Notes under the pieces: generated by a model
The model's database searches: none
What the model was told of the DNA's origin: nothing
The model's input: only the letters and a program-made list of their open reading frames with translations
Source of the DNA: Balanoglossus misakiensis
Lineage: Eukaryota > Animalia > Hemichordata
Length of the DNA stretch: 64,000 nucleotides
Direction of reading: 5' to 3'
Assembly (NCBI GenBank): GCA_040954595.2
Contig: CM082598.2
Location: 6,835,097 to 6,899,096, forward strand
Shown: positions 54,101-64,000 of the stretch, piece by piece
How the letters are laid out: each line of letters begins with the position of its first letter
Position numbering within the stretch: position 1 is the stretch's first letter
Made by a program: the position numbers and the translations under genes

Positions 54101-57100
54101 ATGGGTTATATATATATGAAAATTACACAAAAATGACAATTTTTCGACTTTGCGAATTTTCAAAATTTCTTCATTTTTTGAAAAAATCATCAGTTATAGC
54201 TCATGAAAACTATCCAAAAATGACAATTTTTCGACATTGCGAAATTTCAATATTTATCCATTTTTTGATAAAAAATCATGGGTTATAGCTCATGAAAATC
54301 ACCCAAAAATGACAATTTTTTGACTTTGCGAAATTTCAATATTTATCCATTTTTTGATAAAAATCATGGGTTATAGCTCATGAAAATCACCCAAAAATGA
54401 AAATTTTTCGACTTTTCGAAATTTCAATGTTTATCCATTTTTTGATCAAAATCATGGGTTATAGCTCATGAAAATCACCCAAAAATGACAATTTTTCGAC
54501 TTTGCGGAATTTCAATATTTATCCATTTTTTGATAAAAATCATGGGTTATATCTATATGAAAATTACACAAAAATGACAATTTTTCGACTTTGCGAATTT
54601 TCAAAATTTCTTCATTTTTTTTGAAAAAATCATCAGTTATAGCTCATGAAAATAACCCAAAAATGAGAATTTTTCGACTTTGCGAAATTTCAATATTTAC
54701 CCATTTTTTGATAAAAATCATGGGTTATAGCTCATGAAAATCATCCAAAAATTACAATTTTTCGACTTTGCGAAATTTCAATATTTATCCATTTTTTATA
54801 AAAATCATGGGTTATAGCTCATGAAAATCACCCAAAAATGACAATTTTTCGACTTTGCGAAATTTCAATATTTATCCATTTTTTGATAAAAATCATTGGT
54901 CATAGCTCACGAAAATCATTCAAAAATGACAATTTTTCGACTTTGCGAATTTTAAATATTTATCCATTTTTTGATAAAAATCATGGGTTATAGGCTCATG
55001 AAAATCACCCAAAAATGACAATTTTTCGACTTTGCGAATTTTCAAAATTTCTTCATTTTTTGAAAAAATCATCAGTTATAGCTCATGAAAATCATCCAAA
55101 AATGACAATTTTTCGACTTTGCGAAATTTCAATATTTATCCATTTTTTGATAAAAATCATGGGTTATAGCTCATGAAAATCACCCTAAAATGACAAATTT
55201 TTGACTTTGCGAAATTTCAATATTTATCCATTTTTTGATAAAAATCATGGGTTATATATATATGAAAATCACACAAAAATGACAATTTTTCGACTTTGCG
55301 AATTTTCAAAATTTCTTCATTTTTTGAAAAAATCATCAGTTATAGCTCATGAAAACTATCCAAAAATGACAATTTTTCGACTTTGCGAAATTTCAATATT
55401 TATCCATTTTTTGATAAAAAATCATGGGTTATAGCTCATGAAAATCACCCAAAAATGACAATTTTTTGACTTTGCGAAATTTCAATATTTATCCATTTTT
55501 TGATAAAAATCATGGGTTATAGCTCATGAAAATCACCCAAAAATGAAAATTTTTCGACTTTTCGAAATTTCAATTTTATCCATTTTTTGATCAAAATCAT
55601 GGGTTATAGCTCATGAAAATCACCCAAAAATGACAATTTTTTGACTTTGCGAAATTTCGATATTTATCCATTTTTTTGATAAAAATCATGGGTTATAGCT
55701 CATGAAAATCACCCAAAAATGAAAATTTTTCGACTTTTCGAAATTTCAATTTTATCCATTTTTTGATCAAAATCATGGGTTATAGCTCATGAAAATCACC
55801 CAAAAATGACAATTTTTTGACTTTGCGAAATTTCGATATTTATCCATTTTTTTGATAAAAATCATGGGTTATAGCTCATGAAAATCACCCAAAAATTTAA
55901 ATTTTTCGACATTGCGAAATTTCAATATTTATCCATTTTTTGATAAAAAATCATGGGTTATAGCTCATGAAAATCACCCAAAAATGACAATTTTTCGACT
56001 TTTCGAAATTTCAATTTTATCCATTTTTTGATCAAAATCATGGGTTATAGCTCATGAAAATCACCCAAAAATGACAATTTTTTGACTTTGCGAAATTTCA
56101 ATATTTATCCATTTTTTGATAAAAATCATGGGTTATATATATATGAAAATCACACAAAAATGACAATTTTTCGACTTTGCGAATTTTCAAAATTTCTTCA
56201 TTTTTTGAAAAAATCATCAGTTAAAGCTCATGAAAACTATCCAAAAATGACAATTTTTCGACATTGCGAAATTTCAATATTTATCCATTTTTTGATAAAA
56301 AATCATGGGTTATAGCTCATGAAAATCACCCAAAAATGACAATTTTTTGACTTTGCGAAATTTCAATATTTATCCATTTTTTGATAAAAATCATGGGTTA
56401 TAGCTCATGAAAATCACCCAAAAATGAAAATTTTTCGACTTTTCGAAATTTCAATGTTTATCCATTTTTTGATCAAAATCATGGGTTATAGCTCATGAAA
56501 ATCACCCAAAAATGACAATTTTTCGACTTTGCGGAATTTCAATATTTATCCATTTTTTGATAAAAATCATGGGTTATATATATATGAAAATTACACAAAA
56601 ATGACAATTTTTCGACTTTTCGAATTTTCAAAATTTCTTCATTTTTTGAAAAAATCATCAGTTATAGCTCATGAAAACTATCCAAAAATGACAATTTTTG
56701 GACTTTGCGAAATTTCAATATTTATCCATTTTTTGATAAAAATCATGGGTTATAGCTCATGAAAATCACCCAAAAATGAAAAATTTTCGACTTTGCGAAT
56801 TTTCAAAATTTATTCATTTTTTGATAAAAATCATGGGTTATAGCTCATGAAAATCACCCAAAAATGACAATTTTTGGACTTTGCGAAATTTCAATATTTA
56901 TCAATTTTTTGATAAAAATCATGGGTTATATATATATGAAAATTACACAAAAATGACAATTTTTCGACTTTGCGAATTTTCAAAATTTCTTCATTTTTTG
57001 AAAAAATCATCAGTTATAGCTCATGAAAACTATCCAAAAATGACAATTTTTCGACATTGCGAAATTTCAATATTTATCCATTTTTTGATAAAAAATCATG

Positions 57101-58810
57101 GGTTATAGCTCATGAAAATCACCCAAAAATGACAATTTTTTGACTTTGCGAAATTTCAATATTTATCCATTTTTTGATAAAAATCATGGGTTATAGCTCA
57201 TGAAAATCACCCAAAAATGAAAATTTTTCGACTTTTCGAAATTTCAATGTTTATCCATTTTTTGATCAAAATCATGGGTTATAGCTCATGAAAATCACCC
57301 AAAAATGACAATTTTTCGACTTTGCGGAATTTCAATATTTATCCATTTTTTGATAAAAATCATGGGTTATATCTATATGAAAATTACACAAAAATGACAA
57401 TTTTTCGACTTTGCGAATTTTCAAAATTTCTTCATTTTTTTTGAAAAAATCATCAGTTATAGCTCATGAAAATAACCCAAAAATGAGAATTTTTCGACTT
57501 TGCGAAATTTCAATATTTACCCATTTTTTGATAAAAATCATGGGTTATAGCTCATGAAAATCATCCAAAAATTACAATTTTTCGACTTTGCGAAATTTCA
57601 ATATTTATCCATTTTTTATAAAAATCATGGGTTATAGCTCATGAAAATCACCCAAAAATGACAATTTTTCGACTTTGCGAAATTTCAATATTTATCCATT
57701 TTTTGATAAAAATCATTGGTCATAGCTCACGAAAATCATTCAAAAATGACAATTTTTCGACTTTGCGAATTTTAAATATTTATCCATTTTTTGATAAAAA
57801 TCATGGGTTATAGGCTCATGAAAATCACCCAAAAATGACAATTTTTCGACTTTGCGAATTTTCAAAATTTCTTCATTTTTTGAAAAAATCATCAGTTATA
57901 GCTCATGAAAATCATCCAAAAATGACAATTTTTCGACTTTGCGAAATTTCAATATTTATCCATTTTTTGATAAAAATCATGGGTTATAGCTCATGAAAAT
58001 CACCCTAAAATGACAAATTTTTGACTTTGCGAAATTTCAATATTTATCCATTTTTTGATAAAAATCATGGGTTATATATATATGAAAATCACACAAAAAT
58101 GACAATTTTTCGACTTTGCGAATTTTCAAAATTTCTTCATTTTTTGAAAAAATCATCAGTTATAGCTCATGAAAACTATCCAAAAATGACAATTTTTCGA
58201 CTTTGCGAAATTTCAATATTTATCCATTTTTTGATAAAAAATCATGGGTTATAGCTCATGAAAATCACCCAAAAATGACAATTTTTTGACTTTGCGAAAT
58301 TTCAATATTTATCCATTTTTTGATAAAAATCATGGGTTATAGCTCATGAAAATCACCCAAAAATGAAAATTTTTCGACTTTTCGAAATTTCAATTTTTTC
58401 CATTTTTTGATCAAAATCATGGGTTATAGCTCATGAAAATCACCCAAAAATGACAATTTTTTGACTTTGCGAAATTTCGATATTTATCCATTTTTTTGAT
58501 AAAAATCATGGGTTATAGCTCATGAAAATCACCCAAAAATGAAAATTTTTCGACTTTTCGAAATTTCAATTTTATCCATTTTTTGATCAAAATCATGGGT
58601 TATAGCTCATGAAAATCACCCAAAAATGACAATTTTTTGACTTTGCGAAATTTCGATATTTATCCATTTTTTTGATAAAAATCATGGGTTATAGCTCATG
58701 AAAATCACCCAAAAATTTAAATTTTTCGACATTGCGAAATTTCAATATTTATCCATTTTTTGATAAAAAATCATGGGTTATAGCTCATGAAAATCACCCA
58801 AAAATGACAA
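51190..58810 (+). repeat. 2820-bp (32-monomer) HOR, ~2.7 near-identical copies
   Basis: Offsets 51241/54061/56881, 52381/55201/58021 and 53262/56082 all equal 2820. Shared variants atctatatga, ggtcatagc, caccctaaaa. Boundaries approximate. Confidence 0.93.
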
Positions 58811-59403
58811 TTTTTTGACTTTGCGAAATTTCAATATTTATCCATTTTTTGATAAAAATCATGGGTTATAGCTCATGAAAATCACCCAAAAATGACAATT
58901 TTTCGACTTTGCGGAATTTCAATATTTATCCTTTTTTTGATAAAAATCATGGGTTATATATATGAAAATCACCCAAAAATGACAATTTTTTGACTTTGTG
59001 AATTTTTAAAATTTCTTCATTTTTTGAAAAAAATCATGGGTTATAGCTCATGAAAATCACCCAAAAATGACATTTTTTCGACTTTGCGAAATTTCAATAT
59101 TTATCCATTTTTGATAAAAATCATGGGTATCACCCAAAAATGAAAATTTTTCGACTTTGCGAATTTTCAATATTTATCCATTTTTTGATAAAAATCATGG
59201 GGCTCATGAAAATCACCCAAAAATGACAATTTTTCGAATTTGCAAAATTTCAATATTTATCCATTTTTTTATAAAAATCATGGGTTATAGCTCATGACAT
59301 TCATCCAAAAATTACAATTTTTCGACTTTGCGAAATTTTAATATTTATCCATTTTTTGATAAAAATCATGCGTTATAGCTCATGAAAATCACCCAAAAAT
59401 GAC

Positions 59404-59802
59404 AATGTCGACGATTTGAAGAAATTTTTAAGAGAGAGAGGTATTCCCTCATGTGGAAGAAAAAACAAACAAGAATTGGTTGAGTTAGCAAGTAAGGCAG
59501 ATATTAGATACGATGTCATTGAGAAATGTGACCATGACAAAGCTGAACGAAAACGAAGACGTGTTGTTGACGATGACGGTAAAGTTGTCGATTTGTACGG
59601 AGCGGCAGTCGTCTGGAGCCGAGACCTGCAAAGTATGCCTTTGTTAACGTTAGGCGATGTGTTCGCATATATTGTGTCTCATTGTAAATGGACTCCAAAA
59701 AGACTGAGTAATTATCGTTCAGATGATGGTTTTTTGATGTACAAGGACGATCATGTTGAAAGTTTGAGTCTTGGGTCGATTGAAACAGGGGCATTGCAAT
59801 AG
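59404..59802 (+). pseudogene. N-terminal fragment of ISL2EU-type ORF2 (SAP-like motif plus the region normally preceding SWIM/YqaJ nuclease)
   Basis: NVDDLKKFLRERGIPSCGRKNKQELVELA is SAP-like. WSRDLQSMPLLTLGDVFAYIV...LSNYRSDDGFLMYKDDHVESL resembles the pre-SWIM segment. No in-frame ATG before the satellite junction; SWIM/YqaJ part not seen. Confidence 0.6.
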
Positions 59803-60006
59803 ATTATCCACAACTTTTAATATACTATGTTCATGACCAGTACATTACAGTCTGGTATGGCAGGGCTAATTAGATGATTCTTTCCATTCACCATTTCTTC
59901 AAGTAAATTCTATACTTGTAGTCTTATTTTAGAATGAACCTACCACTGTAAATAAAATTCTTGGCAAAGGAAATTCATGGAAATTATTGTTGTGTGTATC
60001 AGTTAA

Positions 60007-60398
60007 GGATGTACGTTCAGTAAAATTGAAAGTATTGTCATTTTTTTCATTGTGGATTTTTAATGAAAATCTGTAATGAAATATAGGGGTCACCGCGCTT
60101 GTTTTTGAAATACAGAGCTATGATTTTGCTCGATAAGAGAAGAAATCTGCTGACTCAGCATTTTTCACCAATGGTTTGTCTATGGGCAAAATTTGTAACG
60201 CAATTTATCTCAAAATAGAGCGCGGTGACCCCTATATTTTATTTGACCAATGAAATTATATGTGCTGGACTGAGCTATATGTAAAATTTCGTGAAAATGA
60301 CAATAGTAGAAGTTTGTTTTCTAGCGATTATCAATGTAATCCTATGGGAAAAAGACCGGGCGCGCAGTGTTTCTGGTTTCTGTTCTGCGCGTACATCC
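60007..60398. mobile_element. 392-bp Kolobok-type non-autonomous element with TTAA TSD
   Basis: ttaa|GGATGTACGTTCAG ... CTGCGCGTACATCC|ttaa (14-bp TIR, 2 mismatches). Internal inverted repeat aaatataggggtcaccgcgct (~60079) / agcgcggtgacccctatattt (~60219). Confidence 0.85.
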
Positions 60399-60973
60399 TT
60401 AATGTGGTGTGTACATGTATTGTGTGCCCATCATCCTATGATTATCATCATACAGATCATAAAACAAAATCAAAACTTCTTTCAAATATTATTATTTATT
60501 TATATGAATTCTAATAAATAGAATATAAATATTTACACGTCAGGTTGATTCATTGGTTAAAACAGATGCACTAAGTACATATTCCTAATCGACACTTCAG
60601 TTCATTCAGTTCATTAGAATGGTTGAAATTCATATTAACTGAAGATTAAAATTGAAACCTTCAAAAAAAATTGACTTTGACAATGGTGGTAAACTATTTT
60701 GTGGTCCTAGTTAACATTTTTATATATTACAGACAGGAAAAAAGATTGTGGACACAACCCTTCCTGATACACGCACTGTTATGAACTATGATGCAAGTGT
60801 AGTCAATTTATACATGCATTTCATATTAAGGGACACATGAATGGATGTGGTACTCGGTATTAAACATGAAAATTGGAACACACATATATATCCACATGTA
60901 GAATAACATAAACGGTGTCTTGTATCAAATATAATTAATGGAAAAAGGGTAGCGAGAGAAAGACTTTGTCCCT

Positions 60974-63304
60974 TTAATTATGCATTGAAACAAGCGGAGT
61001 GTATTTAACAGGTCTTTTCCGCTTTGACTTGTATTTTCGGAGACGCCTGTCATCCTTACTGTAAAACAATGGCCCTTTCAAATTACACAAAGCTGCAACC
61101 AGTTGTACTATCATTGATGAAACATTTTGAAGACTACAGGGAATGTGATGTTTAAGGATACGCCAAACATTTGACTCGCTGGATCGCACGTTCAACGTGA
61201 ATGCGTAAAGAAGCAATCTTTCTTGTTCTTTTTATCTCTTTAACATTTAACCTTTTCTTTTTTCCATTATACCACTTTCTTGTGAAAAGGGGTGCAATCA
61301 AAACAGCGTCACGCTTTGAAAGCAGATCGTCAGTTTGAAAACCCCTGTCCGCCATTACTGCATCTTCAGCATCAATTTTTTCAATCAATCCACTATGTTC
61401 AGTTATATATTTATCTGAAACATTACCTGACCATAAATCACTTACAAAGGTAAAAGCTCCAAATGGTGCAATCCCAAACAAACATTTGTATGTATTGTGG
61501 CTCTTATACTGTGAATAAGTTTTGTATTGTTCTTTCTTATTCCTGGGTCTATCTACAAAAAATTCAGCGCAGTCCAATATCACTCGTGTGTGTGGAAAAT
61601 CCTTTCTTAAATCTAATGGCATCCAACCACGAATCTGTTCCTGCGATGGCCATATCAAGAGTGCTGGAACAAGGGTTTGGTGCAAGTAAGATATCCATGT
61701 TATTGCCACTTTGGATACAGTTGAAGTGCTAACATGAAACAAATCAGCCAAAATGAGCAGAGGCAGGTTTAATCTAATACGCATCAAACACATGATGAAC
61801 TGGAAGAATGGCTGCAATTCTTGCCGCCGACCTGGACGCCGACCACCAGTTTTTTCATACTTCTTTTCTTTTGGACTGTCTGAGGTACTCCAAAACTTAA
61901 TACGGTCAACACCAAATTTGACTGAGTTGTAAATACCTGCAGCAGTAAAAAAAAACAGAAACACACATATTCAACAACATATCCACAGCAGTACTAATAG
62001 TTATACCTGTATATTGAATTCATCCAATAAAAGTATATGTTGATTTGTTTGTTTGTTTACACAGATGAAGTATTACTGAGCAGTACATTTTGCATTGTCT
62101 ATGATTTTTACATGTTACAGGGGAAGTGCCATAATCATGTGCATTTCCAAGATAGGGATAACACTAGTAAGTACTAAATCAAGTGGGTAGAAATAGTTCC
62201 CTTTAAAATAAGAACACTGAAGGCATAAGTTATACATACCATCAAGAACACTTCTTGACTGGATTCCAGTATAGAAGTTGACTCTCTCATCAGTTTTTGT
62301 AATGACATCAACAATGCGCTTTCCTGGTGGTATTGGTTTAACAAAACATTCCATTTCACGGATGTCTTCCATAGTCAGATCGGTCTGGGTGGCCATGTCG
62401 GAAAGGTTTGGAGAAGCAGTATGTATATAATCATGATCAGTGGGCTGGGGCATACCAATCCAGCACTGAACCAAAGGCTCCATATCTGTAAAGAAAATTT
62501 CAATGTCAAAAATTTTTCATCACATTTATCACCATCCTTGGACAAAGGCTGAGCTAACTGTAAAACCATTCTAGTTTTCCCTACTTTCCCATCAAAGCAG
62601 GGGAATTTCAAAAAATGCATGTGCATTTGCCAATTCTGTTCAGTGCTAGCCTGGTATCCATACCCCAGTGTGTTTTAGATAGTAGTGTGTGAATCTAAAA
62701 CACACAGTGGTCTAGATACCAGGCTACATTGTATTTGCAAGCACTGGAGGAAAAAACTCGTCTAATAATATGCATATAAGTTTCAGCTTTCAATACCTCT
62801 GTGCGATTGAAGCTTGATTCTTTCATGTATATACATGTTAGCAACAGATTAAAGAACAATTCTTTCATTGAAACTTACGCCCAACTCGTAATGTCTCTCT
62901 CTCTGAGTCTGGTACGCTCTCTGGCGGCTCCGCTGCTCCATGATCAGATGACCTCGCCTTGTCGAGTTTTATCACGGTCGATGACGAGCGTGTATTCTTC
63001 ACTTTCCCCCATTGTTCCACTCAAAATATTCGGGATCGCCTTGCGCAAACCCTCTTTCATCAAGTTGAAAATTGTCGAAATGTCTGGAGCACAGTCGCGA
63101 TCGCTTGTTGATTTTTAACACGGCCTGTATCTTGTTGCAGCAGTCTTTCCCTTCCCTCCGCACCAGTCTCTTCCATCGAACTTTTGCATAGCGATTACGG
63201 GGCCATTTGACCCAGCGAACTGTCGACATCCATGGATGTCTGTTTAAGTGTTTCAATTTCCTGGAATCCGATCCACATTCTGCCGATTCACACTTGAATA
63301 CCAT
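60974..63304 (-). pseudogene. THAP + HTH + Harbinger-type DDE transposase, three exons (63304-62879, 62485-62240, 61936-60974), two frameshifts
   Basis: THAP: MVFKCESAEC...WPRN...WKRLVRR...RLCSRHF...P. DHDY HCF-1-binding-type motif; VNFYTGI; HTH MRIRLNLPLLILADLFHVSTSTVSK; catalytic VILDCAE, VMADRGF, RIHVERAI; C-terminal AALCNLKGPL. Phase-compatible GT-AG introns. Frameshifts near 63010 and 61165. Confidence 0.9.
62647..62726. mobile_element. 80-bp hairpin mini-MITE with TAG...CTA termini in transposase intron 1
   Basis: 34-bp imperfect arms tagcctggtatc...gtgtgttttagat / atctaaaacacac...gataccaggcta with a 12-nt loop. No clear TSD. Confidence 0.7.
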
Positions 63305-63351
63305 CTCTGTCAGACAACAGTCGAAATAACAGCATACAAAACACTAAAATT

Positions 63352-63420
63352 CAAGATGGCCGCTAAAAAGTGTCGACCAATCTCCCATGATGCATGTCAA
63401 CTTTGACCCCCTAGCAACAA
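63352..63420 (-). promoter_or_regulatory. Putative transposase promoter motif cluster (YY1-like, CCAAT, ZNF143/Staf-like, RFX half-site)
   Basis: caagatggccgc, ccaat, ctcccatgatgcat and ctagcaac packed between the ATG (63304) and the candidate terminus (63430). Motif resemblance only. Confidence 0.35.
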
Positions 63421-63818
63421 GTGAAAACCTATTTAAGGCAGCGAGAATTTTAGTCCCAACCCTGCAAACGCCAATTCAGTACCTGCTCTGGATGCCGAGA
63501 TATAGGAAATTAGGTCAAAGGTCACCCGAGGTCACTCAAAATGTAGGCAAAAATTTCTGACCCCATACTGGTCCATGTCCCACAAGAACAAAACCTGTAG
63601 CCCTCATAGTTAGCCCGGAATTAGGTATGCACATAATTAATGAGTTAAGCAGGTGTTACAGGTGAGCCCAAAATTTTGTCTTTTATTTTGGTCCCATTCA
63701 GCTCACGGGCCACTAGACTGTCACTGTACAGGACAATTGCACAGACATGGACATAACGTCATAGCTTAACTATAGAAAGTATAGGCCTGTGGGTGGGTCC
63801 ACAAATATGACAAATAAT

Positions 63819-63964
63819 AAGGGGTTATTACACGAATTTTGGTCGATAACGCGTCGTATTCGAGTGATGTCCGTATTTTGACGAGTTGGCTTCGCAGCGA
63901 GTCAAAATACGGACATCACGAGAATGCGTCGCGTTATCGACCAAAATTCGTGTAATAACCCCTT
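63819..63964. repeat. ~146-bp near-perfect hairpin element
   Basis: aaggggttattacacgaattttggtcgataacgcg...tgatgtccgtattttgac / gtcaaaatacggacatca...cgcgttatcgaccaaaattcgtgtaataacccctt around a central gcttcgc. Confidence 0.92.
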
Positions 63965-64000
63965 TATCATACATGCCTACCTATAAAACAGTACGATTTG

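Larger units (their letters stand above)
15628..59406 (+). repeat. ~43.8-kb AT-rich satellite, 88-bp monomer TTTATCCATTTTTTGATAAAAATCATGGGTTATAGCTCATGAAAATCACCCAAAAATGACAATTTTTCGACTTTGCGAAATTTCAATA (~500 monomers)
   Basis: Continuous head-to-tail periodicity in one orientation. Recurrent subtypes: ~87-bp ttcttcattttttgaaaaaatcatcagtt, ~89-bp ggttatatatatatgaaa, and 112-bp with an internal 24-bp duplication. Confidence 0.98.
59404..63430. mobile_element. Decayed ISL2EU-type (PIF/Harbinger-related) DNA transposon, left end lost to satellite
   Basis: THAP-HTH-DDE_Tnp_4-type transposase on - strand with a convergent ORF2 fragment on + strand. Candidate terminus ...gtgaaaacct|at at 63430 fits a YY end followed by an AT target. 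Confidence 0.75.

Noticed and set aside
16457-58254. Dozens of 63-135 aa ORFs (MTIFRLCEFSKFLHFLKKSS...)
   Set aside because: Translations of the 88-bp satellite, with frequent homopolymer indels and stops and no coding constraint.
15628-59406. CENP-B box or telomeric array in the 88-bp monomer
   Set aside because: TTCGacttAgcGAAA lacks the CGGG half of the CENP-B box. GGGTTA occurs only singly per monomer, never in tandem.
60974-63304. Domesticated host gene (HARBI1 or a THAP factor)
   Set aside because: Two frameshifts, a convergent ORF2 remnant and a transposon-like terminus indicate a decayed transposon.
6505-63720. Giant element bounded by tagtccatgggcc (~6510) and gggcccactagactg (~63720)
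   Set aside because: Only a short gapped similarity, interior sequences do not align as TIRs, and no TSD found.

Overview
Eukaryotic, animal-like heterochromatic DNA; spliceosomal GT-AG introns and the transposon types suggest a marine invertebrate (inference). No intact host gene is visible. Left to right: (1) a 31-bp GC-rich satellite (1-5161) with an 899-bp higher-order duplication; (2) a ~10-kb island of decayed transposon DNA, including a P-element-like transposase pseudogene (- strand, three exons), a convergent ORF resembling the P-transposase C-terminal domain that is interrupted by a MITE with an 8-bp TSD, and a frameshifted ORF combining USP-like protease, IQ and BRCT-like domains; (3) a ~43.8-kb AT-rich 88-bp satellite (15628-59406) with nested higher-order repeats of 637, 2000, 2820, 2859, 3985 and 7700 bp; (4) a decayed ISL2EU-type (Harbinger-related) element with a THAP-HTH-DDE transposase and a truncated convergent ORF2, carrying two nested MITEs, followed by a long hairpin with tandem G.A mismatches. 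The many repetitive ORFs in the ORF track are satellite artefacts. All domain and family calls come from motif recognition by eye, not from database searches.
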